Program-made: the position numbers and the translations under genes
In this document: piece after piece, positions 13,396 through 27,739 of the stretch
Layout of the letters: every line of letters starts with the position of its first letter
Position numbering within the stretch: position 1 is the stretch's first letter
Assembly: GCA_951406725.2 (NCBI GenBank)
Contig: OX597822.1
Location: 68,944,001 to 69,008,000, forward strand
DNA: 64,000 nucleotides
From: Octopus vulgaris
Taxonomy: Eukaryota
Direction: 5' to 3'
Notes under the pieces: model-generated
The model's database searches: none
What the model was told of the DNA's origin: nothing
What the model saw: the letters and a program-made list of their open reading frames with translations, nothing else

Positions 13396-13892
13396 TAAAT
13401 GAATCATTAGCAAGGGGCACCAGGGCTGGCCCTAGGGTTGCTGGCACCCTGGGCAAGCTGAACTTTGGTGTGTACAAGCTGACGGTTGTGGAAATTTTCT
13501 TGTCATTGTCACACCCTCCTTGGTGTCCCCTAGCACATGGCGTCCAGGCAACTGTCCAAGTTGCTGGTACCTTAAATGATGACAATAATTTGCAGAATTA
13601 GCTGATTGTGGTGTGGCTGTTTGGATGCTGATGATCTAGCATTGCTGATTCAATGGATATTCAACTTGTTTTTGTGATTTAGGCACTTGAGGCAAATACA
13701 CACATGCATGTGCAGAAATATATAAATACAGAGGGAGAGAAACATTATACATATTTACAAACATAACTAGATGCTCTCACACACACACATAGGATGCCTT
13801 AGAAGTCAAAAAGGGGTCTAAAATTAAATATGTTTTAATTACATTTCTTATGTGTAATTTACAAGATATGATTTTTTTCACAATTAACATAT

Positions 13893-14301
13893 ATAGCAGG
13901 AGTGGCTGTGTGGTAAGTAGCTTGCTTACCAACCACATGGTTCCGAGTTCAGTCCCACTGCATGGCATGTTGGGTAAGTGTCTTCTACTATAACCTTGGG
14001 CTGACCAAAGCCTTGTGAGTGGATTTTGGTAGACAGAAACTGAAAGAAGCCCGTTGTATATATGTATATGTATATATATGTGTATGTGTGTCTGTATTTG
14101 TCCCCCCTCCCCCACCAACATTGCTTGACATGCAATGCCGGTGTGTTTCCGTCCCCGTAACTTAGCAGTTCAGCAAGAGAGACCGATAGAATAAGTACTA
14201 GGCTTACAAAGAATAAGTCCTGGGGTCGATTTGCTCGACTAAAGGTGGTGCTCCAGCATGGCCACAGTCAAATGACCGAAACAAGTAAAAGAGTAAAAGA
14301 G
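13893..14301 (+). mobile_element. SINE family A copy
   Basis: Full head-to-tail match to family A. Confidence 0.9.
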
Positions 14302-14399
14302 ATTTCTTATATATACTGTATATGGTGTTAAGGTATCATAAATTTAAAACAGAACATAAATGAATCATTAGCAAGTAGCGCCAGAGGTCCTGGTGCCAC

Positions 14400-14567
14400 C
14401 AGGGCTGGCCCTAGGGTTGCTGGCACCCTGGACAAGCTGAACTTTAGTGTGTACAAGCTGACGGTTGTGGAAATTTTCTTATCATCATTGTCACACCCTC
14501 CTTGGTGCCTCCTTGCACATGGCATCTGGGCAACTGTCCAAGTTGCTGGTACCTTAAGTCAGCCCTT
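14400..14567. mobile_element. hAT-type MITE (168 bp)
   Basis: TIR CAGGGCTGGC / GTCAGCCCTT; perfect 8-bp TSD GGTGCCAC; truncated second copy at 13421-13575. Confidence 0.8.
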
Positions 14568-15171
14568 GGTGCCACATAAAAAGCACCCAGTGCACTCTGT
14601 AAAATGGTTGGTGTTAGGAAGGGCGTCCAGCAGTAGAAACTGTGACAAAACAAACAATGGGACCCGGTACATCTCCTGGCCTTACCAGGTCCTGTCAAAC
14701 TGTCTGACTCATGCCAGTATGGAAAAAATGGACATTAAATGATGATGATGATGATGATGATGGAGATGATGATTTGTGACATTTAGGTCACCATAAATGT
14801 AGGGAGAAAAAGACAGAGAGAGGGATGAGGGAGAGAGAGGAGGATGGAGGGATGGAATAAGAGAAACATTATAACATGATGTCAAATAAGTCAGCATTGA
14901 ATCAGTAACACCAAATAGGTGGCACTGAAACAGTTGTGCCAAAATGTCTCATATCCAATTATTTGAACATAGCGAAAGATTCTTAATTAGAATTATAAAG
15001 AAAGCTTATTGTTTAAATATGAACACTTTAAAATATGAAGTTTTGTATTATAAGACTATGAGTAGTTTCGAATGAATGAATATAAAAAGGATTAAAATGG
15101 AATGTTAAATGGTTCAGAAGCATCAGCTTAGTCTTTGAGATGTCTTTTAGTGTCAAAATATCCTTGATCAT

Positions 15172-15598
15172 ATAGGCATAGGAGTGGCTGTGTGGTAAGT
15201 AACTTGCTTACGAACCACATGGTTCCGGGTTCAGTCCCACTGCGTGGCATCTTGGGCAAGTGTCTTCCACTATAGCCTCGGGCCGACCAAAGCCTTGTGA
15301 GTGGATTTGGTAGATGGAAACTGAAAGAAGCCCGTCGTATGTATGTATATATATATATGTGTGTATGTGTGTGTGTATACATTTGTGTGTCTGTGCTTGT
15401 TCTCCCAACATTGCTTGACAACTGATGCTGGTGTGTTTACGTCCCCGTGACTTAGTGGTTTGGCAAAAGGGACCGATAGAATAAGTACTAGGCTTACAAA
15501 GAATAAGTCCTGGGGTCGATTTGCTCGACTAAAGGTGGTGCTCCAGCATGGCCACAGTCAAATGACTGAAACAAGTAAAAGAGTAAAGAGTAAAGAGT
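15172..15598 (+). mobile_element. SINE family A copy
   Basis: Full head-to-tail match. Confidence 0.9.
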
Positions 15599-16028
15599 GA
15601 TCACCCAACCATTTTATTTTTAGTCAGTATATCTAGGACAACCTTATCCAATGTTTTTATTAGCCAATTTTATAATGGTAGGAAGTAATTTGAGGGAAAT
15701 TTGGCTGCTATTTTTAACAAGCTAAGCAACTACGTCAAGGCCTTTTTGTTGCCTCATTCAATGTGTTCGGCTAAGTGTTTATAATATTTACTCAAAGGAA
15801 AGATTACTCAGTTTCAAAGAACGAGTTAAGCGTTATATTACAACTTGAAGTTTTAAGTGTTTTATAGTGATAGGTTAATGGTTTAACTCAATATCTAAAC
15901 TTCACGGCATTATTAATAAACAATATTAATGAACAAAACATAAAAATTTGATGCCACTTGTTTTGCCACATTGATTTTTTTTTTCGTTTTTGAATTATTA
16001 GTTCTAAGAAGGAAAATATGTGAATAAA

Positions 16029-16153
16029 CAGGCGTAAGCGTGGCTGTATGATAAGAAGCTTATTTCCCGACCACATGGTTCTGGGTTCAGTCCCATTGAA
16101 TGGCATATTGGGCAAGTGAGTGGATTTGGTAGAAGGAAACTGAAAGAAGCCTG

Positions 16154-16195
<42 letters not shown>

Positions 16196-16465
16196 ATGCA
16201 TATATATATATGTATGCATATATATATGTATGTATATATCTATTTTTATGCGTCTGTATTTGTCCCCCCCCCTGCCATTACCACTTGACAACCAATGATG
16301 GTGTGCTTACATCCCTGTAACTTAGTGGTTTTGCAAAAGAGATTGATAGAATAAGTAATAGGCTTAAAAAAAATAAGTCCTGGGGGTTGATTTCTTTCGA
16401 TTAAAATCCTCCAAGGGGCTGCTTTAGCATGACCGCAATCAAATGACTGAAACAAATAAAAAGAA
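16029..16465 (+). mobile_element. SINE family A copy (diverged)
   Basis: Head, microsatellite and tail recognisable. Confidence 0.8.
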
Positions 16466-16882
16466 GAAAAAACAACCATTTCTCCCCCCCACCACCACCA
16501 CCACCATAAAAAAAAAGAAAATTCCCCAAAAGACAAAAGGATAAGCAAAAGCAAACCATCACCTAAAAGCTAGAAACCGCCATTCACATCCAACACCTCT
16601 GCTTCCAAAATTTTCTATCTCTAAGAAATATCAGGGTTATAAAATTTATTATAGTTCACTGTTTTGCTGAGCCATTATTGCTGTCTGCGCCAACAGAATA
16701 TTACAAGGCATATAAAATAGCATTTCACTCAGTTACGTTAGAGTCTATGAAGAATTTTATGAGAATCAAATATATAATTCTTCACTTAACGACCATGATC
16801 TCTTTCTATTTAAAGAGGGTACATTTTTAACACCAATATTCGATCACAGTGGAATTAGATAAGCTAAAAGAATATATATATA

Positions 16883-17106
16883 TCTTTTATCTTTTGCTTG
16901 TTTCAGTCATTAAACAGTGGCCATGCTAGAGCATCGCCTTGAAGAATTTTTAGTCGAATGAATCGACCCTAATACTTATCTTTTTAAGCCTAGCCCGGTA
17001 CTTATTTTATAGGTCTCTTCTGTTGAACCTCTAAGTTACTAGGACATGAACACACCGATACCAGTTATCAAGTAGTGGTGAGGGACAAACACAGACACAG
17101 ACACAC

Positions 17107-17157
<51 letters not shown>

Positions 17158-17320
17158 CTGAACTTCTTTTAGTTTCCGTCTGCCATATCTACTCACAAGG
17201 TTTTGGTCAGCCTGAAGCTATAGTAGAAGACATTTGCTAAAGGTGACATGCAATGGGACTGAATCTGGAACTGTGTGACTGGGAAGCAAGCTTCTTACCA
17301 CACAGCCACACCTGCATCTA
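16883..17320 (-). mobile_element. SINE family A copy (diverged)
   Basis: Reverse-complement match. Confidence 0.8.
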
Positions 17321-17351
17321 TGGCTTCTTACAACAGGGACACACGTGTGCC

Positions 17352-17385
<34 letters not shown>

Positions 17386-20300
17386 TGTATGTATGTATGT
17401 ATGTATGTATGTATGTCTCTTCTATTTTATAATTATTATAAATCTTCTGCTGAGGAGGGAGCTGGTTTCCAACAAAGATACAAGGCTCCATCATTGGGTT
17501 GTAATTAACACAGAATTGAGAAAAATCTTGCATACTTTTTACTGTTCCACTCACAGACTGGACTTGTAATGTACAAATCAGCTGGTAAATTTCTCATTCT
17601 GAAAATCCTAGTTTATCCAGATTCTCCTTTAAGCATTTACTAACAAAACCTAGTGCTCCAATTATTATTGGTATGAATATGAATTCATAATCTGGATATA
17701 GAAGCTGGAGGTTTCGAAGCAGTTGTCCATAGATATACTCTCTCTCTTTGATTTTCAAAGAGATATTTATATCTGCAGGACAGCTAACCTCTGTGATGGT
17801 ACATACTTTTGTCCTGCTGTCCCAAACAATAACATGTATGTATGTATGCCTGTATGTATGTATGTATGTTTGTATGTATGTATGTATGCATGCATGTATG
17901 TATGTATTATGAAGCCAAGACTGGGATTTAAGGCCTGTGTAAAGTCTTCATTTAAGGCTGACTAGGAGAGCAATGCTTGCCATCATCATGGATAGAGGAA
18001 ACAGGTAAAGGAGGGAGTTGATACCTCTGAAAGAGCACATATTCTTCATGAAGAATTTAAGTGTGCTGCTCAGAAACGCACTGCTAGTGCAATGAATGGG
18101 GAAAGCTTGGTCTGCAATGTTTTGTAGTGTATGTTTGTTAAGAACAGTGTTCGTTAGTCACCAATGGAGCTGCAAGTGTAAAGTATAAGGTAGTCTTCAG
18201 TGCACAATGTTCCTAAAGGTCAGTAATGGTTTTCCTTGGTCACGGGTGGACAGCCATCATCATCATATATGTATGCATGCATGCATGTATATATATATAT
18301 ATCACTACACTCACGGAGTGGCACTACACTCACGGAGTGCCACTACACTCACGGAGTGGTTGGTGTTAGGAAGGGCATCCAGCTGTAGAAACTTTGCCAG
18401 ATAAGACCAGAGCCTGGTGCAGCCTTCTGGCTTCCCAGATCCCCGGTTGAACTGTCCAACCCATGCTAGCATGGAGAGCGGACGTTAAACGATGATGATG
18501 ATGATGATGATATATATATGTATATGTGTATGCAGCCATGTTCCAGCTCGGCTGCAGTCAAATGACTGAAACAAGTAAAAGAACACACATATGTGTATGT
18601 GTGATCAACGGTGTCTCATCAAAATTTGAATTATCTTATACTTGTTTTAGTCATTGGACTGTGGTCATGCTGGGGCACCACCTTGAATGGTTTTAGTTAA
18701 TCGAATCAATCCCTGTACTTACATTTTAAGTCTAGTAATTATAGGCGTAGGAGTGGCTGTGTGGTAAGTAGCTTGCTTACAAACCACATGGTTCTGGGTT
18801 CAGTCCCAGGGTGTGGCATCTTGGGCAAGTGTCTTCTACTATAGCTTTGGGCCGACCAAAGCCTCGTGACTGGGCTGCGTGTTGTGTCATTGAGCAAGAC
18901 ACTTTATTTCATGTTGCTCCAGTCCACTCAGCTGGCAAAAATTTGTAGTAACTGTATTTCAAAGGGCCATTCTTGTCACACGCTTTGCCATGCTGAATCT
19001 CCCTGAGAACTACAGTAAGGGTACACGTGTTTGTGGAGTGCTCAGCCACTTGCACGTTAATTTCACGAGCAAGCTGTTCCATTGATTGTATCAGCTGGGA
19101 CCCTCGTCGTCGTAACCGATGGAGTGCTTTATGTATATATAATTTGTGTGTATATATATGCTTGAAGCTATCTAAATGTAAGAAAAGACAAAATATATCT
19201 TGTATATTCTTTTTTTACTACTGAGCTCTTTTTGAATTGCAGATTTGCTAGTTGCGATACTAGGTTACACACAAACACACACACGTACAAATATCTGCAC
19301 ACACGCACATATCCACACACACATACATATCCACATACACACACACTCACACTCACACACATACACATACATATACATGTATGTGTGTGTGTGTGTGTGT
19401 GTTATTGGCTCTGGATGGATGAAATAAAAGTGGGCCTGAGCAGAATTTGAATTTAATGTAGAGGGATAAAACTAAAGAGTTTCTGTTAACTTCTGCAAAC
19501 ATGCAAAATTGGATATGAATTTGGGAATGATAACGATGATTATATGCACGCACACACACACACACACACACATTGAGTGAGGGGGAGAGAGAAAAATAGA
19601 ATATGCACCCATACATTCACTTCACACAGATATGTGTGTGTGAATGTATATATATATATATATGTATATGTATATATATGTGTGTGTGTGTATATATATA
19701 TATATACATATACACACACACACACATACACACACACACACACATGCACACACACACATATACACACATACATTGATGTAGATATTCATTCATACATTTT
19801 AGAACCAGTTTATTTGGTATTAGAAGTTTTTATTTTTATAAATCATTATTATTCATTTTTTTCTTTCTCTTCTTTTTTTTTTAAAGCAAAAACCAATCTG
19901 TCTTTGGCATTGAGCCCATTTTAATCTTGTTACCATAGTTGTAGCAGAATGTTTTTCTAAGTCAGCATTATATTCTGACGATTCTCTCAAGTCTTACACT
20001 GTCTGTGAAGTTATTTGATTATCTATTTTGATATTTTTAGATTTTTCACTTCCTGACAGGAATTTTAGTGTTCTCATAGCTTTGACCTCTACCTCTACTG
20101 GCTGGGGGACCAAAAATTTGGTTAATATTGGTGTAGGAGTGAAAGACAGTGGAGATGATTGAAACTTTAAAAAATGCCAGACTGGTTACTTTAATATAAC
20201 TGGGCTCTGGGAGGGGAGGATGGAAGAAGTACAAGCAAGGAGTGGGGAAAAAGTGAAGTACCAAGAGTTAAAGGAGAACTGTTGCCGAAATGAGTGAAGG

Positions 20301-21627
20301 ACCAGGTGGGAAGTTGAAGGTTTGCAGGTCATTCTCTTAGTAAAGCCTTTGGAATTCTGGGCTGTACAGGGTTGGTCAAAAACAGTCAAAAACCATCTAG
20401 ATAACTGTGGGTGGTCAGTAGAATGCCATATGAATACAGGTTAGGGTTAGTTGTGGTAACTGCTAGACATTTTAATTTGCTGGCCCCACATTTAACATAA
20501 TGCAATAAAGACTATATTCTTCCATTTGCAGTTTTTACTGTGTGAAATATATTAAAAAAAAAATATATATACTTGTGGGGTGTTTGATGACCATCAAAAC
20601 TGATCCCAATAGGAATCAGTTTTGATGATGATCAAACTCTGTATGTAGTGTATGCTAATCATAAGATGGTAGTTTATGGTAACTTGGGTTATTAAACTTC
20701 ATTATCATCATTTAACGTCCATCTTTCATACTGGCATGGGTCGGATGGTTTGACAGGAGTCGGTCAGGTAGAAGACTACAACAAGCTACTGTGTCTGTTT
20801 TGACATGGTTTTTACAGCTGGATGCCCTTCCTAACACCAACCATCCTGTAGGGTGGACTGAGTGCTTTTTATGTGGCACCAGCACAGGTGAGATCAGTTT
20901 TGGTATGGTTTTTACAGCTGGATGCCCTTCCAAATACCAACCACTTCACAGTGTGGACTGGATACTATATATGTAGCACCAGCACTGGCAGGGTCACCAA
21001 GTAATTTGCAACACAAGGAATTTTGAGAGGGGTGGGGGCATTAGAGGAGCATGCTCGGAACTTATATCATTGTCTTCTGGAAAGAAGAGAATTGTCTGTT
21101 GCGTGGGAGTTACTCCTTTCTATAGAATCATCAAAAAGCCAACAACATTCAAGGATAATTCTAATATTTTAAAAAAGCACAACAAACATTTTCCAGTTGT
21201 TTGCAATAACGCCTAAGTATCTTTCAAATCTGTAGCAAGACATTTTAATTCACTGGATCATTCCTTGGAGCACCTCTTAATTTGCAGCATCACATTACAC
21301 AATGGCTCACCCTACACCATCATCATCATCATCATCATTTAATATCTATTTTCCATTCTGGCATAAGTTGGGTGGTTTGACAGGATCTGGCAAGCTGCAG
21401 GACTGAGTCAAGCTTCAGTGTCTGCTTGACCATGGTTTCTACAACTGGGCACCCTTCCTAACGCCAACTACTATATAGTGTATCCTGGGAAGGAGGAGTC
21501 TTTTTTCAAGCCACTGGCATTGAAGAGGTCATCAAGTAACTTGCAAAACAGGAAAAGAACAAGAAACGGAGAAAGAAAAAGAGAAAGAAGAAAAAGAAAA
21601 GCTAAGTGTCTATATATGTGGGAGAGG

Positions 21628-22032
21628 AAGGCGGCAAGCTGGCAGAAACGTTAGCACACCGGGCAAAATGTTTAGTGGTATTTCATCTGTCTTTATGTTC
21701 TGAGTTCAAATTCTGCCGGGGTCGACTTTGCCTTTCATCCTTTTGGGGTCGATAAATTAAAGTACCAGTTACATACTGGGGTCGATCTAATCAACTGGCA
21801 CCTTCCCCCAAAATTTCCGACCTTGTGCTGGCAGAAACGTTAGCACACTGGGCAAAATGTTTAGCGGTATTTCATCTGTCTTTATGTTCTGAGTTCAAAT
21901 TCTGCTGAGGTTGACTTTGCCTTTCATCCTTTCAGGGTCAATAAATTAAGTACCAGTTACATACTGGGGGTCGATCTAATTGACTGACCGCCCTCCCCCA
22001 AAATTTCTGGCCTTGTGCCTAGAGTAGAAAAG
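21628..22032 (+). mobile_element. Tandem duplicate of SINE family B
   Basis: Two ~200-bp units starting GCTGGCAGAAACGTTAGCACAC, joined near 21827. Confidence 0.85.
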
Positions 22033-23949
22033 AATATACGTGGGGGAGGTGAATATTTGAGAGAAGGAGATGACTTTATGCCAGGTGTCAAGAGGTTAAG
22101 GTATGATAGAGGGACAAGCGCATGTGTCCTGCTACAGATAAGATACATGGTTACCCCATATTGTATGAAGGTGAGTGGCAGTAGCAAGGATGAAGAAATG
22201 ATGGTGGTGATGGGATATCAGAGCAAATCCTCCTCCATCTGCCAGCCATAGAGAAAAGGCATCTGATCTTTACTCTGCGAACTTCTTTACTTGCAAATAT
22301 TTAAAAAAAAGCTTCTCATTCTCATTCACTTTGACAGCTTACTCTGTTTGCAGTTTCGTAATCCCTGTATACTTTTTCTTCCCTCCTCCTTACTTTTACA
22401 GTTCCCCTTCCCACTTTTAAAACTTGTCATTCTTTCATTTTCTGTTTTTTTCAAATTTGTCAAAGTTCCTGATGATTACATTCTAGTTGTCTTCCCTTCT
22501 GATCTTTACCCTTCTTTTCCTGTTTTTAAAATTGCAAGTGTTCTTCTTGATTATCTCCTAGCCATGGCTGCTACTCCCCTTCCCCACTCACATGAGTTTC
22601 ACCTTATAATATTCCCCTCTTTCTCATATTCTTCATCATTTCATCCACTTCCTCTTCATTATTCTTCACTCTTCTCTCTCTCTCCTTCCCTTTCTTTCTC
22701 TCACTGCTCACAATCTATTCACTAAAATCATCAGAAAACAACTCTCTCCAATGAAAAATTTCACTGAAAACATTAGCAATTTTTCTTTTCCTCATGACAA
22801 AGAGCAAATTAACTCTTTTGTTACCATATTCTGTTGAAATACACTGCCTTTGTTTCAATTTGCTTTGAAAATAATGAAGAATTGATAAAAACGGTTTTGT
22901 CATTATTTAGTCAAGTCAGTGTTTTGAATACAAATTAGCATGAAAATTTGGCAGAAGGTTTTAATTTAGACCATTTTAAAACAAGAAATTTGTATTATAG
23001 AACCATTGCTGGTCTCAGGTGGATTGGTGTCAAAGGGGTTAATCCACTTTCCATCCAAGAATTTCAAAAGTCCTTCATTTAATCTCATATAAGAAAAAAA
23101 ATTTTTTTCTCAGTTAAATCACAGAAACAGTTCATTTTGTTCCATTTGATTTCGAGTTTTATAATCAGACATTTCACTAGTCTGTCTTTTCTTTGTCTTC
23201 TCTCTTATCAAGTATAAATTGTTTTTGCTTCACAAACTCATGGACTGGGTGTGTTTCTTTGTGGTACCAATACTAAAGCGACTGTCATGTCTCTGACGAG
23301 ACCAAAAGGGCCTCTTTGACCCAAAGTTAATTGAATACATTGGGTACATTTTGCCATGGCCCCAGTACTTGAGCAGTTTGGGTGGGAGCGAGATGGATAG
23401 TAAGAAATGGTTAAAGGGTGAGAGGAAATTATTAGATGTTGATATCAAATTTTTATCAGAGGAGTTTAGGCAGAGTGTATGGGAGTATATTCATATCTGA
23501 TGAGGTACCTTCTGCATACACCTCAAATATAGACAAGAAAACTAGGGAAATAAAAATGAGTGAAGAAGGAGGTAGAGTATTCATGAAAGGATGTTGGGGT
23601 GGAATCTAATTACATTATACGTTTGTGTAAAGAAAGTGTTCCATAAAAATGTTGAAATTTACATATCAAAATACTGTCAGACAATTCTGAATCAATGATT
23701 TGTTTAGTAAATAATCCATAAAGTTGAAATAATTACTCAATAATGATCATTTATCACTCTGCCAGTTTTCTTTGGTGTATTGAATGTCAGATTTCCAAAT
23801 TAGACATAATTATAAATTTCTCATTCAAGATGTTTGGTTTATCATTGAATAATCTCCAGAAGAATTGTCAAAGGACCCTGAAAAAAAAAACACTAAACAC
23901 TTTTAATATTAAAAAAAAAAAGAATGAAGGTGATAATAACAATTCTTTC

Positions 23950-24375
23950 TTACTCTTTTACTCTTACTCTTTACTGTTTTACTTCTTTCAGTCATTTGAC
24001 TGTGGCCATGCTGGAGCACTGCCTTTAGTCGAGCAAATCGACCCCAGGACTTATTCTTCGTAAGTCTAGTACTTATTCTATTGGTCTCTTTTTGCCAAAC
24101 TGCCAAGTTATGGGGACGTAAACACACCGGCATCGGTTGTCAAGCGATGTTGGGGGGACAAACACAGATACACAAACATATATACACACATACTTATATA
24201 TATATACATATATACGACGGGTTTCTTTCAGTTTCCGTCTACCAAATCCACTCACAAGGCTTTGGTAGGCCCAAGGCTATAGTAGAAGACACTTGCCCAA
24301 GGTGCCATGCAGTGGGACTGAACCCGGAACCATGTGGTTCTTAAGCAAACTACTTACCACACAACCACTCCTACA
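23950..24375 (-). mobile_element. SINE family A copy
   Basis: Reverse-complement full match. Confidence 0.9.
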
Positions 24376-25351
24376 CCTACCACATGTTTTTGCTTCACAA
24401 ACTCATGGACTGAGTGTATTTCTTAACCATATTTCAAATGAAAATACTCTGTTTATATGCTTCATGTTTCAGTTGATTCTGAAAATAATCATAAATTTCC
24501 AAGGTTTTAGTAAAATAACTTTGTCACTGTTATGCTATTGTTTGGAACGTAACTTAACAAAAAGATTCTTATAGGCATAGGTATGGCTGGGTGGTAAGAA
24601 GCTTCCTTCCCAGCCACATGGTCCCCAGTTCAGTCCTACCATATGTTTTTGCTTCACAAACTCATGGATTGAGTGTATTTCTTTGTGGCACCAATACTAA
24701 AGTCAGCCACATGGTTCTCATTTCAATTCTACTGTGTGGTACCTAGGGTAAGTGTTTTCTACTATAGCTCTGAGCTGACAAAAGCCTTTTTACCAAAGAG
24801 ATTTGGTAAATAGAAACTGAAAGAAGCCCATTGTACATAAATGTGTGTGTGTGTGTGTGTGTTTGTGTTTATGTCTGTGTTTGTCCCCCACCACTGCTTG
24901 ACAACTGGTGCTGGTGTGTTTATGTCCCTGTAACTTAGCAGTTTGGCAAAAGAGGCCAATAGAATTAGTACCAGGCTTTGAAGAAGTAGGTACTGGGATT
25001 GATGCATTTGACTAAAAATTATTCAAGGCAGTGCCCTAGTATGGCTGTAGTTAAATGATCAAAACAAATAAAAGATAAAAGATAAAATACATATATTTCT
25101 GATGTAAGGTGGAAGGTTTTAATCTAAATACAAATACTTTAAAACAAAGTTTTGTATCATAGAACCAGAAGTAGTTTCAGATGGATTGGCATCAAAATGC
25201 TTAAACACCAAAGTCCTCAACAGTTATTGACATTCTACAAAGCTTGATTGGAACCCATATTAGTGTATCACTCCCACATTTGGGACAGTGGTGCTTCTGT
25301 TACACAAATAGCATAGAAAAACATCCAGAGAAAAACAACTTGAGTGATTGC

Positions 25352-25565
25352 ACCATCCGAGCATGGCCGTTTGCCAGCCTTGCCTGGCACCTGTGTCGGT
25401 GGCACGTAAAAAGCACCCACTACACTCACGGAGTGGTTGGTGTTAGGAAGGGCATCCGGCTGTAGAAACACTGCCAGATTTGACTGCGCCTGGTGCAGCC
25501 TTCGGGCTTCCCAGACCCCAGTTGAACCGTCCAACCCATGCTAGCATGGAAAGCGGACGTTAAAC

Positions 25566-25596
<31 letters not shown>
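25352..25596 (+). mobile_element. RTE-like retroelement 3' end with (GAT)n tail (representative of ~15 copies)
   Basis: GTTAGGAAGGGCATCC...CCGTCCAACCCATGCTAGCATGGAAAGCGGACGTTAAAC(GAT)n; other copies near 5157, 7185, 14570, 18305, 20700, 21320, 30490, 36420, 44770, 46420, 55980, 56680, 61140 and 62262. Confidence 0.75.
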
Positions 25597-25598
<2 letters not shown>

Positions 25599-26575
25599 AT
25601 ATACTCTAGCCTCTGGCCAACCAACAGGTTGTCTCCTCACTCTCTACATTTTATTCAACTACTATAATGGCCTCAGTTCCTCAGAACTGGTTGATTTTGT
25701 GTCACTTCGACACCTGCACTATATATTATACTCAGTCATTCCTCCTTGCAACAGCATCCTTCTAGAATCTCTTCTCTTCTCATTTCTTTCTTGCAGATGT
25801 CAACTTGCAACATTAATGGCTTCAATCTCACTAGTCTTGGAGAGTCTGCAAAGGCTGTGAGTGAATTCAGTTGAAAAAATATAAAACAAAATAAAAAGAT
25901 AATGCTTATTTAAATGGCAAATAAATTAAGTGGTTTTGTCCAGGCTATAGAATAAGAGTTTGTAAAAATTCAATACTGTGTCTTCATAATAATGAGTTAA
26001 TGCACAAGAGAGAGAGAGAGAGAGAGACAGTGACATAGCTGGCAGGTTGCCTAGAGTGACATTGCTCTTTGAACACAATTTTGCTCTGTAAGTCTGCGAC
26101 AGTTGCAGAAAGAGTTGCGTAGAAATGTTAACTGTATTGGCAATAGTTAGATTTCCACTTTGGCTTGAAGATGATAGTAAGCTGTTTTGATTCGAAAACT
26201 TAAAATTGAGCATAGATAATGATGGAGGTGGTTAAGGTGGGAACAAGGCCCCATACCCTCTCTCTCTCTCACCCCCCCACACACAAACACATACACATGC
26301 ACGCATGCACCCATGCACACCCTCGCACACATAAACACATACATGCCACACACCCTCATACACATAAATACATACACACACACATACCCTCACACACATA
26401 AACATATACATGCACACACACCCTCACACACATAGACGCACATGCCACTGTGTCATTGTATTGACCTGACTATCAGATATTGTTACATACTGTTGGTCAC
26501 AACATGCTTCCTTGCATTATGGTAGCTTTTGACTGATACCACTATGTCGGCTAGGAAGGCTGACCAAGATATACG

Positions 26576-26982
26576 TAGGTGCAGGAGTGGCTGTGTGGTA
26601 AGTAGCTTGTTTACCAACCACATGGTTCTGGGTTCATTCCCACTGTGTTGCACCTTGGGCAAGTGTCTTCTATTATAGCCTCGGGCCGACTAAAGCCTTG
26701 TGAGTGGATTTGGTAGACGGAAACTGAAAAAAGCCCGTCATATATATATGTATATATAAATGTATGTGTGTGTATATGTTTGTGTCTCTTTGTTTGTCCC
26801 CCAACATGGTGGTATGTTTACGTCCCTGTAACTTAGCGGTTCAGCAAAAGAGACTGATAGAATAAGTACTAGGCTTCCAAAGAATATGTCCTGGGGTCGA
26901 TTTGCTCGACTAAAGGCGGTGCTCCAACATGGCTGCTATCAAATGACTGAATTTAGTAAAAGAGTAAATAGAGAGTAAAGAG
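26576..26982 (+). mobile_element. SINE family A copy
   Basis: Full match. Confidence 0.9.
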
Positions 26983-26988
26983 TATGTA

Positions 26989-27198
26989 AGGGGGTGCTGA
27001 AAAGTTCCTGGCTTTTGGTAAAAGAAAATACAGGAGGATCGGTTAATTATGATTTTAATCAACATATTCCCCTCTCAGATTCACACACTTATTGCAGCAG
27101 TCCTTCAGTTTTTCTAAGCTCTATGAAAGAACCCTGAAGGTTGGGCCTCCAGCCAGGCCTTTCATGATACCCTTAAAGCCAGGAACCTTTCAGCACCC
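26989..27198. mobile_element. Mariner-derived MITE
   Basis: TIRs GGGTGCTGAAAAGTTCCTGGCTTT / AAAGCCAGGAACCTTTCAGCACCC with TA flanks; related interrupted copy at ~7138-7450. Confidence 0.8.
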
Positions 27199-27202
27199 TA
27201 CA

Positions 27203-27257
<55 letters not shown>

Positions 27258-27739
27258 ATATATATGTATATGTATATATGTATATATATATATATATAAT
27301 ATATATTGTGCTATATCTAGTACAATATACATTAAGAGTTTGCTCTGGTACCCTGTCACTATCATCTTTATCTTCCCAGCTTCACACACTCACCTTTATA
27401 TAATAAGGGGTTAGCCATGTATCTCGTCCGTAGCAAGACACTTGTACTCGGCTCTCTCTCATATTTTAGCCTTTCAACACCTGGCATAAAGCCACTTCCC
27501 TTTCTTAAATATTCTCCCCCCACCACCACCACTTTGTCAAGTAGGGGGTTTCCTTGTTCTTTTTCTGTCTTGCAAGTTACTTGGCAACTTCAATAGTTCC
27601 AGGGCGATGGAAAAAGCACCCAGTACACACAGTAAAATGATTGGCATTAGGAAGAGCCTCCCACTATAGAAAACATGTCAAAGCTGACAATGATGCTTGA
27701 TACAACTCTGTGGTTCACCAGATCCTGTAGTGCTTATTT

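Noticed and set aside
23497-23532. CTGATGAGGT...ACCTCAAAT hammerhead-like string
   Set aside because: No GAAA after stem II
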